From Balanoglossus misakiensis (taxonomy: Eukaryota; Animalia; Hemichordata), in NCBI GenBank assembly GCA_040954595.2, contig CM082598.2, positions 9,191,097 to 9,255,096 on the forward strand: a stretch of DNA of 64,000 nt, in the 5' to 3' direction. This document shows positions 37,681-48,399 of this stretch, in pieces; position 1 is the first letter of the stretch; every line of letters starts with the position of its first letter. The position numbers were made by a program, and so were the translations under genes. The notes beneath the pieces are model-generated. The model did not search any database and was not told where the DNA came from. It saw nothing but the letters and a program-made list of their open reading frames with translations.

Positions 37681-38720
37681 TGTCAATAGCCTGTATGTGT
37701 GTAACGGACATTGTTATTGTTGGCAAATCAATTCTAGTCCATACTAGAACAAAATTTGTGCACATTAACAACATACTCACTATATACATATTGGTTTTGT
37801 TAATAAGTTGGATACTGGGCATATCATCATGTTTCAGGAATTTGAATGATTAACTGCAGAAGATACACACAAGAAACATAATGAAAACATTGCAAAAAGT
37901 TACAGCAAATGGAGCTCTACAGAAACAACATTATTTTATTCAATGTGCTTTGTAATCCAATCGAACACAACACTAACTCAACTACCCCTACGGTGACACA
38001 AACATCTTGGCCCTATCACATGTTTCCCTATAGGACTCAAAGTAATGTCTACAATTCTTAGGGGCACACTGGCAATGAACATCACTGCATTTGCAGAAAT
38101 GAGATTATGTCAACTTACTTTCAGACATAACCATTTAGAGCAATAACCTGGTCTCCATTGATTCTGTCGGCTCATCTTGTGTTGGTATCAGAGTCAGCAG
38201 CCCAGAAAATGTTCCACACTACAGTATTATCCACCGAGTTTGGGTGAGCAATATCACAGACTTGAAACACTGACTTATCCCCACCAAATTTTACCAGTAT
38301 TTGACATTGTTAGTGGTAACGTTGGATAAAACACTAGGTTGTCTAGTCTAGAAAGCAAAATAGCTGATCTTTTTTCATAAATGAAGGCTTTCACTTTCTC
38401 AGTTTACACTTACGGGATATATTAACTGCAACTTTTGGTCATTTTTCTACACAGCTTTAATTACGGAGAGAAACACCACATCCCCAAAACATATTAACGA
38501 TTTTCAGAACCCGCCACAAGGAGGCGCTGTTCACAAAACAATGCATGGGTCAGAGTACCTGTTTGAGGGACGATATGGTTGCCTAGACGATTCCATTATT
38601 GTCAACATAGCCTGCATGTGTGTAATGACCATTGTTATTGTTGACAAATGAATTCTAGTCCATACTAGAATACAAATCTTGCACAATAACATTGCTCACT
38701 GTATACATACAGGTTATGTG
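37681..38720. repeat. diverged direct repeat pair of about 120 bp (37681-37800 and 38601-38720)
   Basis: Both copies share ATAGCCTGYATGTGTGTAA...CATTGTTATTGTTG.CAAAT.AATTCTAGTCCATACTAGAA...CTCACTRTATACATA. Confidence 0.75.
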
Positions 38721-38917
38721 CTACAAAATGTGCCATTTTAGTTAATTAGACCCCTGCGAAGGTTAGCCCCCTAGCGGTCACTTCATTCTTTGGGGATCTC
38801 TGCACACGTGACTCACTCCTCTTCTGTAGCCGTACGTGTTAGGTCGTTCTGGCGACCTGGTCTTGATTTTCAAGTTTCCCTTCATCGAACCGCATATAAT
38901 AGCTTGGAGCACTAGAC

Positions 38918-39736
38918 ATGGCAGCAGCACCATCGGATTCTCAATTCACAGACATCGAAAGCGAGACACATCACGAAGTCGAGTCCGTCTCCATCCCCAG
39001 CAAACCGACACTGCCCCAAAGCAGGCGGGACTCTACACTACGGGCAGTTCGCCCAAAGCCATCTTCCGCTAGACGAGCACACACACGAGCAAGCAAAAGT
39101 GTCCAAAGACAGCTGGATTCCGTCACAGACCAGGTCAAGGACATTTCGCATCAGATCGCCAACGTGTTGAAAATCGTCCAGGAGAGGAGCGGTGACGTCA
39201 CAGGCCGCCATTCCAGCCGAGAAAGCGCGCCAAAAAGACAGACAAGAAAGACTTTGTCCGACCTCAGAAAAGACAAAGAATTGCGAGAGTCGGTCGTAAA
39301 GCTTTTGGTCGCGAGTTCCTCCAGCGAATCAGGATCCAATTCGTCAGAGACAAGCGGCAGTTCAGACGATAGCCACACCGCCGGATTCATCAAGATGAGC
39401 AAACGGACGATCGGACGAGATGGCGGACAAGAGTCCAATGGCAACATTTCTACGCTGACTGTATCAAAAGGTAAACACATGAAGAGCGGAGCCAGACGCA
39501 AACATAGATTGACTCATTTACAGAACTTAGTTACCGATGCGCAATTGTACCCATGGGATAGAGTACGCAAATAACACTCTATCATTTTGTAGTACTTAGA
39601 GCATGGCCTATTGGAGTGGGGAGATTGTTTCTACAATATCCACACCAGATTTATTCGGAATCCTCCTCAAACTAACACAACACAAACCGGCAGCGCAACG
39701 GTGAATGGCTCGCCTTCATCAACACGAGTTTGTTGA
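38918..39736 (+). pseudogene. degraded ORF1/gag-like of a tyrosine-recombinase (DIRS/Ngaro-type) retroelement
   Basis: The 218-aa ORF continues in frame through two stops (TAA 39572, TAG 39590): ...KHMKSG...RLTHLQNLVTDAQLYPWDRVRK*HSIIL*YLEHGLLEWGD. The HL..L..DA..Y.W..VR.YH..IL..LE.G...W.D pattern is recognised from DIRS-type ORF1; not searched. Confidence 0.5.
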
Positions 39737-40055
39737 ACTTGCAGCTTTGTAGTACATTTATCACAGTACAGTTTTTCTTGCCCCCAGTTGGCAGTTCAGT
39801 TTCATATGAAAGGTATACAAAGATACCATTAACCACATGCTAGTCAGTGTCACAGCACATGGTCACAGTTTTTCTTGCCCCCAGTTGGCAGTTCAGTTTC
39901 ATATGAAAGGTATACAAAGATACCATTAACCACATGCTAGTCAGTTTCACAGCACATGGTCACAGTTTTTCTTGCCCCTTCAGTAGTTTTTCTTGCCCCC
40001 CGTTGGCAGTTCAGTTTCATATGAAAGGTATACACAGATACCATTAATCACGTGC

Positions 40056-40345
40056 TGTGATAGTATTGTCATGATCACGTGATTGTCACATGGTCTGTAC
40101 ATTGTATACGTGATTTCCTGTAACTGTTAGTTCCCGCGTGGTTGTCATTCAATAAACATCACTTCTGTGGAACTCCGTCGTTGTCGACTGTTAATAACCC
40201 CTCCCCGGACATCACATAAATGGCGACGAGGATTTAGTTGTCTAAAATAACTATCGAAGAACATACGCAAGCAACCTTTACGAGATTTGGTGACTTTTTA
40301 GCCGTGATTTGAGTGCATGAAAATGTCTACCCCCGTAACGCTGCA
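40056..40345 (+). mobile_element. truncated LTR retrotransposon: 161-bp 5' LTR, PBS and leader (Gypsy, Mag-like)
   Basis: LTR TGTGAT...ATCACA at 40056-40216 with AATAAA at 40151, PBS 4 nt downstream, and a probable gag start ATG TCT ACC CCC at 40323. The satellite then resumes. Confidence 0.75.
40221..40233 (+). promoter_or_regulatory. primer-binding site, tRNA-Ser(GCT)
   Basis: TGGCGACGAGGAT is the reverse complement of the ...ATCCTCGTCG-CCA 3' end of animal tRNA-Ser(GCT). Confidence 0.75.
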
Positions 40346-42153
40346 AGTCAGTGTCACAGCACATGGTCACAGTTTTTCTTGCCCCCAGTTGGCAGTTCAG
40401 TTTCATATGGAAGGTATTTAAAGGTACCATTAACCACGTGCTAGTCAGTGTCACAGCACATGGTCACAGTTTTTCTTGCCCGCAGTTGGCAGTTCAGTTT
40501 CATATGAAAGGTATACAAAGATACCATTAACCACATGCTAGTCAGTGTCACAGCACATGGTCACAGTTTTTCTTGCCCCCCGTTGGCAGTTCAGTTTCAT
40601 ATGAAAGGTATACAAAGATACCATTAATCACATGCTAGTCAGTGTCACAGCACATGGTCACAGTTTTTCTTGCCCCCAGTTGGCAGTTCAGTTTCATATG
40701 AAAGGTATACAAAGATACCATTAACCACATGCTAGTCAGTGTCACAGCACATGGTCACAGTTTTTCTTGCCCCCAGTTGGCAGTTCAGTTTCATATGGAA
40801 GGTATTTAAAAGTACCATTAATCATGTGCTAGTCAGTGTCACAGCACATAGTCACAGTTTTTCTTGCCCCCCGTTGGCAGTTCAGTTTCATATGAAAGGT
40901 ATACAAAGATACCATTAACCACATGCTAGTCAGTGTCACAGCACATGGTCACAGTTTTTCTTGCCCCCAGTTGGCAGTTCAGTTTCATATGAAAGGTATA
41001 CAAAGATACCATTAACCACGTGCTAGTCAGTGTCACAGCACATGGTCACAGTTTTTCTTGCCCCCAGTTGGCAGTTCAGTTTCATATGAAAGGTATACTA
41101 AGATACCATTCACCACGTGCTAGTCAGTGTCACAGCACATGGTCACAGTTTTTCTTGCCCCCCGTTGGCAGTTCAGTTTCATATGGAAGGTATTTAAAGG
41201 TACCATTAATCATGTGCTAGTCAGTGTCACAGCACATGGTCAGTTTTTCTTGCCCCCAGTCGGCAGTTCAGTTTCATATGGAAGGTATTTAAAGGTACCA
41301 TTAACCACGTGCTAGTCAGTGTCACAGCACATGGTCAGTTTTTCTTGCCCCCCGTTGGCAGTTCAGTTTCATATGAAAGGTATACAAAGATACCATTAAC
41401 CACGTGCTAGTCAGTGTCACAGCACATGGTCACAGTTTTTCTTGCCCCCAGTTGGCAGTTCAGTTTCATATGGAAGGTATTTAAAAGTACCATTAATCAT
41501 GTGCTAGTCAGTGTCACAGCACATGGTCACAGTTTTTCTTGCCCCCCGTTGGCAGTTCAGTTTCATATGAAAGGTATACAAAGATACCATTAACCACATG
41601 CTAGTCAGTGTAACAGCACATGGTCACAGTTTTTCTTGCCCCCAGTTGGCAGTTCAGTTTCAAATGAAAGGTATACAAAGATACCATAAACCACGTGCTA
41701 GTCAGTGTCACAGCACATGGTCACAGTTTTTCTTGCCCCCAGTTGGCAGTTCAGTTTCATATGAAAGGCATACTAAGATACCATTAACCACATGCTAGTC
41801 AGTTTCACAGCTCATGGTCACAGTTTTTCTTGCCCCCCGTTGGCAGTTCAGTTTCATATGTAAGGTATTTAAAGGTACCATTCACCACGTGCTAGTCAGT
41901 GTCACAGCACATGGTCACAGTTTTTCTTGCCCCCCGTTGGCAGTTCAGTTTCATATGGAAGGTATTTAAAGGTACCATTCACCACGTGCTAGTCAGTGTC
42001 ACAGCACATGGTCACAGTTTTTCTTGCCCCAAGTTGGCAGTTCAGTTTCATATGGAAGGTATTTAAAGGTACCATTAACCACGTGCTAGTCAGTGTCACA
42101 GCACATGGTCAGTTTTTCTTGCCCCCCGTTGGCAGTTCAGTTTCATATGAAAG

Positions 42154-43280
42154 TGTAACCCGTTTCTTGCCGGACAATGGTCTAACAAGTACGTAGCTAC
42201 AGCAAAAGATCTCTCTCTCTTTCAATTGGGCATCGGTCTGAGGTTTGGCTGCTGACATGGGTACACAGATACAGCATCAGCGTTCTTACGGACAGGGGGA
42301 TTGAAACAGACACACCACACACTGATTTCTTTCTGTGAAAACACTATAATATCTCTCTGAAACACATTCAAAGCACAACAAGAAACTCTAGAAAAATGCA
42401 CGCTATATATGAAATAAAGTGTTCAATGTCTCTACTGTCTCTGTCAATGTATACTCAGCTGCACTGTTCGCTGTGTAGACAACAGTTCTGCAATCCAACG
42501 ACGATCGACGAAACTCTTCTCAAACTACACGAAAGTCAAGTTCAGCAAAATCAGCAACAAATCGGCGAAACCCTCAGAAACGTCGAGTTCGGGACATCAA
42601 CAACAAATCGGCGAAACCCTCAGAAATAGCGGCAGCCATCTGGAAAAGTTCTGGAATCTTCTCGGGCGATGTTCGGATCACATCGAGCGAGATCGGCAAG
42701 CACGTACATCTCACCTAGCTAGTTCAACTGGAAAGTTCTCGATCAATTTCAGAAATCGAAATCGAAATCGAAAGTTCTCAAAATACTATATCTCGCTCTT
42801 GCCCTCTGGAACTGGTGAATAGTCGAACCGCTCCAGGGACATTCACGACTCGGTACGTCGACTCCGGCCTAAATCTACGCCAGATCGACTCATCAAAAAC
42901 TCTCTCGAACTTCGGATCAAAACTCTACAAAACTACTCACTATCAGCCATCACGCCATAGACACTTGACAGCGCGTAGTGATATGTGACAAGCTCGCTAA
43001 GATTTGTAAAAATAATAGCGCACATCATGTGAGCTTGCAACTACACCATCAAATTACAGAAAATACTTCAGTCTACAGAAAAGTAATAGTGATTCGTCAT
43101 CAAATCATCGTACAGACATACACAGTCAAATACAACATAGAACTACTTTCTCATCGTCACATGATGCCCAATGCTCAAAAATGAGATATATGTGAATAAT
43201 ACAGGGATGCGGCTCTGATCGTGGCAATGGCTATAGCGCCAAACAGTGACTAAATACCACGAGGATTTAAAGCCTCTACA
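42154..43280 (-). repeat. 3' LTR
   Basis: TGTAACCCG...GCCTCTACA, a direct repeat of 50513-51639. Confidence 0.97.
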
Positions 43281-43289
43281 TTCTCCCCT
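43281..43289 (-). promoter_or_regulatory. polypurine tract
   Basis: Minus strand AGGGGAGAA immediately precedes the 3' LTR. Confidence 0.8.
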
Positions 43290-43749
43290 GGTCACAAAAA
43301 GGTCGTCCCTACCGTAAGATTCAATAGGCAATCATGAATTACAGGACATACACTTCTGTATCAAACTATACTTCTATGTTAAACGATATCTCTATATCAA
43401 ATGATATTTGTATATCAAACGGTCATCTGTACATGCTACACCTTCGCTATGGTTACACAACACATAGTTCCAGTTCACATGTTCTCAAATCGACTCAACA
43501 CATATCTCTACAATGACTTCATAGTATAACGTATGGAGTATAAATATGTTCTCAAAAAGTTTCCCACGATACTTTGGGTGAAAAGCACAGAGAACGACTC
43601 ACATATACAAGTAGACAAAACACTCATGAAAAGTCATCAAATCTTTCTTCAGAGAAGGCATAAAGATTTATGAAAAACTATCCCAAAGCAGTACCTCCTC
43701 GACATCGGATCAGCCTGGCCATGTGCAAATAATGCCTCAACACAGTGCT

Positions 43750-46700
43750 TCACGTCAACCATGGGCCCGTACCACTGGATAGCTTCGAGTGCATGTCATT
43801 CTTCGCCTGGATCAAAGCATCAATCCTCTCAGCTCGTTCCTGGTCTGCATCTGGTAGCAAATCTTCGGAACCAGTACATCTACTGAAATCTGCATCTATT
43901 CCAGATTCTGTAGCATCTGTTTTCTCTGGACCGCGGCTCGTCAATCGCTCCCTGCTCAAGAGGACCATAACTCTCGACAAGAGTTCTCTCAACGATTCTT
44001 CATCTACATCTGTTCTACCATCTCTTCCTGTACATATATGAGAAAGGTTTAGCTTCTCAGGCGGTCTTCGAACTCGATGGGACCTTCTGGGTAGCGTTCT
44101 ATCCACCTGGATAGAGGTATGTCTATCTGGATCATCAACGGCATCTGAAACTGCGGAATCATCAGACAACTCTTCCTGCTCCAATTCTTCTGGTAATGAC
44201 TGCTCTGTCGGGACAAACACTGGTGCATCTAGAGACAATACACCTGGAGATGTCTGTGGTCCACCAGAAATTTCATTTTCAGTCTCGTACACAATACTCG
44301 TCTCATCTCCAGTCGGTGACAACTGCATCTCTGGACTCTCAAAATACACTCTTCTACCATTTGGAGATTTCTGAGGAGTGTCCACCTTCAGCAATGGAGA
44401 AGTTGCAAAGCTCTTTCTAGGACTATCCACCAGCGTATCAGTTTGACTGACAGGTGTACCAAACTGTTTGACTCCACCAATCTCCTGGGGAACTTGTATC
44501 TTCCATACTCCATCAGTCTCTTCATCTGAGTCGTCGTCATACTGATCTTTCTGTTTCTCTATCTTCGCTCGACTACGAGTTTTGGGTCCATCCATCTCTC
44601 CTTTGATCTTTTCTTCTTTGCATGCTTTCATGGGTCTCTCTGGATACTGTATAGGCAGAGTACTGCATGGTAAAAGCAGGTTCCTATGCAAAGTTCTCTC
44701 TTTTCCATCAGGTCCTTCAGATTTCACGGTGTAGACCGGCACATCAGGGCTGATTCTTCGGATCACTCGGTAACTCTGGCGTTCCCATCTGTCGGCGATT
44801 TTGTGTTTCCCTCTGATACTAACATTCTTCACAAGAACTATGTCTCCTGGCTCCAACATAGCCTCCCGGGTCTTCTTGTCATATCTCTTCTTGTTCTGGG
44901 CAGAACTCGCTCTGGACTTGCTTGCAGCCAGCTTGTAGGCGTCAGCTAGTCTATCTCTCATCTCACTGACATAGCTACCATATCCACTTCCCTCCGTCTC
45001 TGACTGTAACCCCATGTATATGTCGATAGGAAGTCTTGGATGTCTTCCATACATAAGGTAGTACGGCAAGAAACCAGTGGCATCGTTCTGTGTACAGTTG
45101 TACGCGTGGACGAGCGGCTCAACGTACTTCTTCCAGTTTGACTTCTTATCTTGCGACAGCGTCCCCAACATATCAAGTAACGTCCTATTGAACCTTTCAC
45201 ACTGTCCGTTGCCCTGGGGATGGTACGGAGTAGTGCGGGTCTTTTCTATCCCAGTGACCTCGCAGAGCTGACGTATCACCTGAGATTCAAAATCTCTTCC
45301 CTGGTCCGAGTGCAGTTTGTTGGGAAAACCATAATGAACTAGGAAGTGTCTGTACAGATGATCAGCTGTAGGCTTGGCCTTCTGATTCGCTGTCGGGATC
45401 GCCACGGCATAACGAGTAAAGTGATCCGTCATGACCAAAATATTCCCTACTCCTCCCTTTCCGTCCTCAACAGTAAGGTAGTCCATACAGACTAGTTCCA
45501 GGGGCTGAGTAGTCTGGATACTAACCATCGGAGCTGTGGCCTGCTGATTGCTCTGTAGTTTTCTTCTAGTACATCGTTCACATGTCTTGATCTTCTGATC
45601 TACGTCTCTACTCATGAATGGCCAGTAGAATCGGGCTTGTAGCAATTCCAGCGTTCGTTCCTGTCCTAGATGGCCTACATCATCGTGAACTCCCTCTAGT
45701 GCTGTACCACGATAATGAGCTGGTAAGACTAGCTGATATTGCGGCTTCCCTTCGGGACTCTGTCTCTTTCGGTACAATACTCCCTCTCGAAAACAGTATC
45801 GGTTCCATTCTCTCAATGCAGCAACAAGGGAACTCGTCTCCTTCTCCTTCTCTTCCTTTGTTGGAGAGTGTCCTCTGCTCAAGTACCAACGCAGTCTTCC
45901 TATCATCTGATCTTCCTCTTGTAGTTTCTTCCACTGATCCATAGTGATAGCCGGTAACGACGCTACACCGGGAACAGACAGGGGTTCATCCAGACTCTTG
46001 GGAACGGAGTCCTCTGCACAGGTTATCGCCTCTACCCAAGCATGGTTGGATACCTGAGGGGTCTGACACATCACTCGAACTACTTCTTCCGACAGAAGGA
46101 CTGCTTCATCTTCTGGCTCTGACATCTTCGTATCTACTTCTTCTCTTCTCTCAAATCTCTGGCACTGTGGAACTTCAGGAACTTGGCGTGACAGTCCATC
46201 AGCGTCGCTGTTCTGCTTTCCTGGTCTATACATCAGCTGAAAGTCATAGGTTGATAGAGCGGCTAGCCATCTATGACCCGTTGCGTCTAACTTCGCGGTA
46301 GTGTTGACATAAGTCAGCGGGTTGTTGTCTGTTACTACCAGAAACTTGTTCCCATACAAGTAATCATGGAACTTTTCGGTCACCGCCCACTTGAGTGCGA
46401 GAAATTCCAGTTTGTGTGCCGGGTAATTCCTTTCGCTGTGAGACAGACTTCTACTAGCATACATGATGACTCTCTTCTGCTCTCCATCTCCCTGGTACAA
46501 CACAGCCCCCAATCCAGTGTGGCTTGCGTCGGTATGGAGTTCGAACGGCTTACTGTAATCAGCATACGCCAATATGGGTGGGCTGGTAAGTTTCTCTATG
46601 ACTGTATCAAACGCCTTCTGATGCTCTGGTCTCCATTCAAACGGTGGCAATCTACATGGTCTTTCACGGTCTCTACCATGGGATTTTCTCTTGGTCGGTA

Positions 46701-48399
46701 ATCCGGCTGTCAACTCGTTCAAGGGCTTCACAATGTTGGAGTAGCCTTCGACGAAGCGTCGATAGTATCCGGCAAAGCCTAGGAATCTTTTGACTTCTCT
46801 AGCAGAGGTGGGTACCTTCCATTCCTTCAGGGCGCGAACTTTGTCAGGATCAGTCTCAATGCCATACTCGGATACGATGTGGCCCAAGTATTTGACTCTG
46901 GATCTAAGCAGCTGGCATTTACTCGGTTTGAGTTTTAAGCCTTTCTCTCTGAGTCGGTCAAGAACTAGTGACAAACGCTCCAGATGCTCATCAAACGTTT
47001 TGGAGAAAATGATGATATCGTCGAGGTATACGAGGCAAACGTTCAAGTGAAGATCTCCTAGACATTTCTCCATGCATCTCTGAAATGTGGCAGGGCTCCC
47101 TGTCAAACCCATGGGCATGGTAGTGCACTCCCAAAATCCCATTGGTGTCACAAAAGCTGTCTTCTCGATATCTTCTTCGGACATTCCGATCTGCCAGTAC
47201 CCCGACTTTAGGTCCAAAGAGGAAAACCACCTTGCTCCTCCAAGGGCTTCTAGACTCTCATCGATTCTCGGCAATGCGTAGGAGTCACGAATCGTACGAG
47301 AATTCAGCTTACGATAATCGATACACAGTCGGGTCTGACCATCCTTCTTGCGGACCAACACAATGGGCGCCGCCCAAGGACTGTGAGATTCTCGAATTAC
47401 TCCACTTTCTTGCATTCCTCTCAAAACCTGCCGCACCTCCTCATACATGGTGGGTGGGATTCTTCTATGTCTCTCTCTGATCGGCTGGTCATCGGACAAG
47501 CGAATCTTGTGTTTCTCGACGGAACAATATCCTAAGTCATTTTCGTGTTTGGAAAAGACTTCTTCTTTCTGCTGTAGAAGATCAGACACTTTCTTCAGTT
47601 GTATCTCATCTATCGGGGATTCGGACACGTCAAATTCTATTCCACTCTGCAGGCCTATCTTTCTCGAACTCGGTACAGACTTCACTGATGACGCTGGTTT
47701 GGCTTCGGTCTCACTGGCGTCTTCCATAACAGCAGCATACTCATCTGGTCTACCAAACCAAGTGACAACATGGACTCTGGCTATGATCTCCCCCGGTCGA
47801 ATGGTTACTGGGGTGGACGACATATTCTGCACACACACAGGCACTTTCGACTTGTGTTGTTGACATTTCAAAACTGAAACTGCAGGACTCGTGGTGTAGT
47901 CTCCTGAATTTTCAGAGGTCGGCTCCACTGAGACAATATACTGATCACCCAGCGGTCCCTTCCTGGCACGTCCCCAGATAGTGGTACCTCGTCCTGGATC
48001 CAACTTCACTGGGTGTCGTATCAGAGCTCGTACAGGTCCCAAGTTACCTTTCTTTCCGACAAAACGGTCTCTAGCATCTAACTTTCTGAAAACTCCTTCG
48101 GCAACAGCTGATATTCTACACGATCTGGTTCCTCTCCGTCTCTGAGTCTTGATTGAAGCCCTGGGGTACAATTCAAGTAGGTTCGTCCCAATCAACACTG
48201 GCACCACTTTGTTGTACTCGTTGTCCGGTACAAGTAATGCAGGAATCGTGTATTCCCGATCATCACCGAAATCATCAAGGGGGAAGGACATGACTGCCTC
48301 GACAATGCCTATGAAGGGTATCGGCTGGTCATTGGCTCCCTTAATGGTCAAGGTGTCTTCTGTACTCTGTATGGGTAAGGCAGACAGGTACTCATCGTA
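43750..48399 (-). CDS. pol: Gypsy Pol (protease C-half, RT, RNase H, integrase, long acidic tail)
   Basis: Uninterrupted ORF of more than 1530 aa. RT: SPWAAPIVLVRKKDG..CIDYRKLN..YLDDIIIFS. RNase H: LHTDAS..GLGAVL..LEFLAL..TDNNPL. Integrase: HHCC (HDDVGH..CERC) and D,D35E (CMDY..HSDQG..CERFN). Confidence 0.95.
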   Translation of the reverse strand, partial: YDEYLSALPIQSTEDTLTIKGANDQPIPFIGIVEAVMSFPLDDFGDDREYTIPALLVPDNEYNKVVPVLIGTNLLELYPRASIKTQRRRGTRSCRISAVAEGVFRKLDARDRFVGKKGNLGPVRALIRHPVKLDPGRGTTIWGRARKGPLGDQYIVSVEPTSENSGDYTTSPAVSVLKCQQHKSKVPVCVQNMSSTPVTIRPGEIIARVHVVTWFGRPDEYAAVMEDASETEAKPASSVKSVPSSRKIGLQSGIEFDVSESPIDEIQLKKVSDLLQQKEEVFSKHENDLGYCSVEKHKIRLSDDQPIRERHRRIPPTMYEEVRQVLRGMQESGVIRESHSPWAAPIVLVRKKDGQTRLCIDYRKLNSRTIRDSYALPRIDESLEALGGARWFSSLDLKSGYWQIGMSEEDIEKTAFVTPMGFWECTTMPMGLTGSPATFQRCMEKCLGDLHLNVCLVYLDDIIIFSKTFDEHLERLSLVLDRLREKGLKLKPSKCQLLRSRVKYLGHIVSEYGIETDPDKVRALKEWKVPTSAREVKRFLGFAGYYRRFVEGYSNIVKPLNELTAGLPTKRKSHGRDRERPCRLPPFEWRPEHQKAFDTVIEKLTSPPILAYADYSKPFELHTDASHTGLGAVLYQGDGEQKRVIMYASRSLSHSERNYPAHKLEFLALKWAVTEKFHDYLYGNKFLVVTDNNPLTYVNTTAKLDATGHRWLAALSTYDFQLMYRPGKQNSDADGLSRQVPEVPQCQRFERREEVDTKMSEPEDEAVLLSEEVVRVMCQTPQVSNHAWVEAITCAEDSVPKSLDEPLSVPGVASLPAITMDQWKKLQEEDQMIGRLRWYLSRGHSPTKEEKEKETSSLVAALREWNRYCFREGVLYRKRQSPEGKPQYQLVLPAHYRGTALEGVHDDVGHLGQERTLELLQARFYWPFMSRDVDQKIKTCERCTRRKLQSNQQATAPMVSIQTTQPLELVCMDYLTVEDGKGGVGNILVMTDHFTRYAVAIPTANQKAKPTADHLYRHFLVHYGFPNKLHSDQGRDFESQVIRQLCEVTGIEKTRTTPYHPQGNGQCERFNRTLLDMLGTLSQDKKSNWKKYVEPLVHAYNCTQNDATGFLPYYLMYGRHPRLPIDIYMGLQSETEGSGYGSYVSEMRDRLADAYKLAASKSRASSAQNKKRYDKKTREAMLEPGDIVLVKNVSIRGKHKIADRWERQSYRVIRRISPDVPVYTVKSEGPDGKERTLHRNLLLPCSTLPIQYPERPMKACKEEKIKGEMDGPKTRSRAKIEKQKDQYDDDSDEETDGVWKIQVPQEIGGVKQFGTPVSQTDTLVDSPRKSFATSPLLKVDTPQKSPNGRRVYFESPEMQLSPTGDETSIVYETENEISGGPQTSPGVLSLDAPVFVPTEQSLPEELEQEELSDDSAVSDAVDDPDRHTSIQVDRTLPRRSHRVRRPPEKLNLSHICTGRDGRTDVDEESLRELLSRVMVLLSRERLTSRGPEKTDATESGIDADFSRCTGSEDLLPDADQERAERIDALIQAKNDMHSKLSSGTGPWLT

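Larger units (their letters stand above)
39768..42153. repeat. 97-bp tandem satellite, proximal part
   Basis: Consensus GCTAGTCAGTGTCACAGCACATGGTCACAGTTTTTCTTGCCCCCAGTTGGCAGTTCAGTTTCATATGAAAGGTATACAAAGATACCATTAACCACRT, about 21 monomers, interrupted at 40056-40345. Confidence 0.97.

Noticed and set aside
43281-43289. Gypsy PPT (AGGGGAGAA) identical to part of the 44-bp monomer
   Set aside because: A 9-nt purine-run match is expected by chance, and there is no extended similarity.
42396-43516. Small plus-strand ORFs in the LTR and 3' UTR (duplicated at 50755 and 51337) as env or accessory genes
   Set aside because: They are short, antisense to the element and lack motifs. The duplication simply reflects the LTRs.
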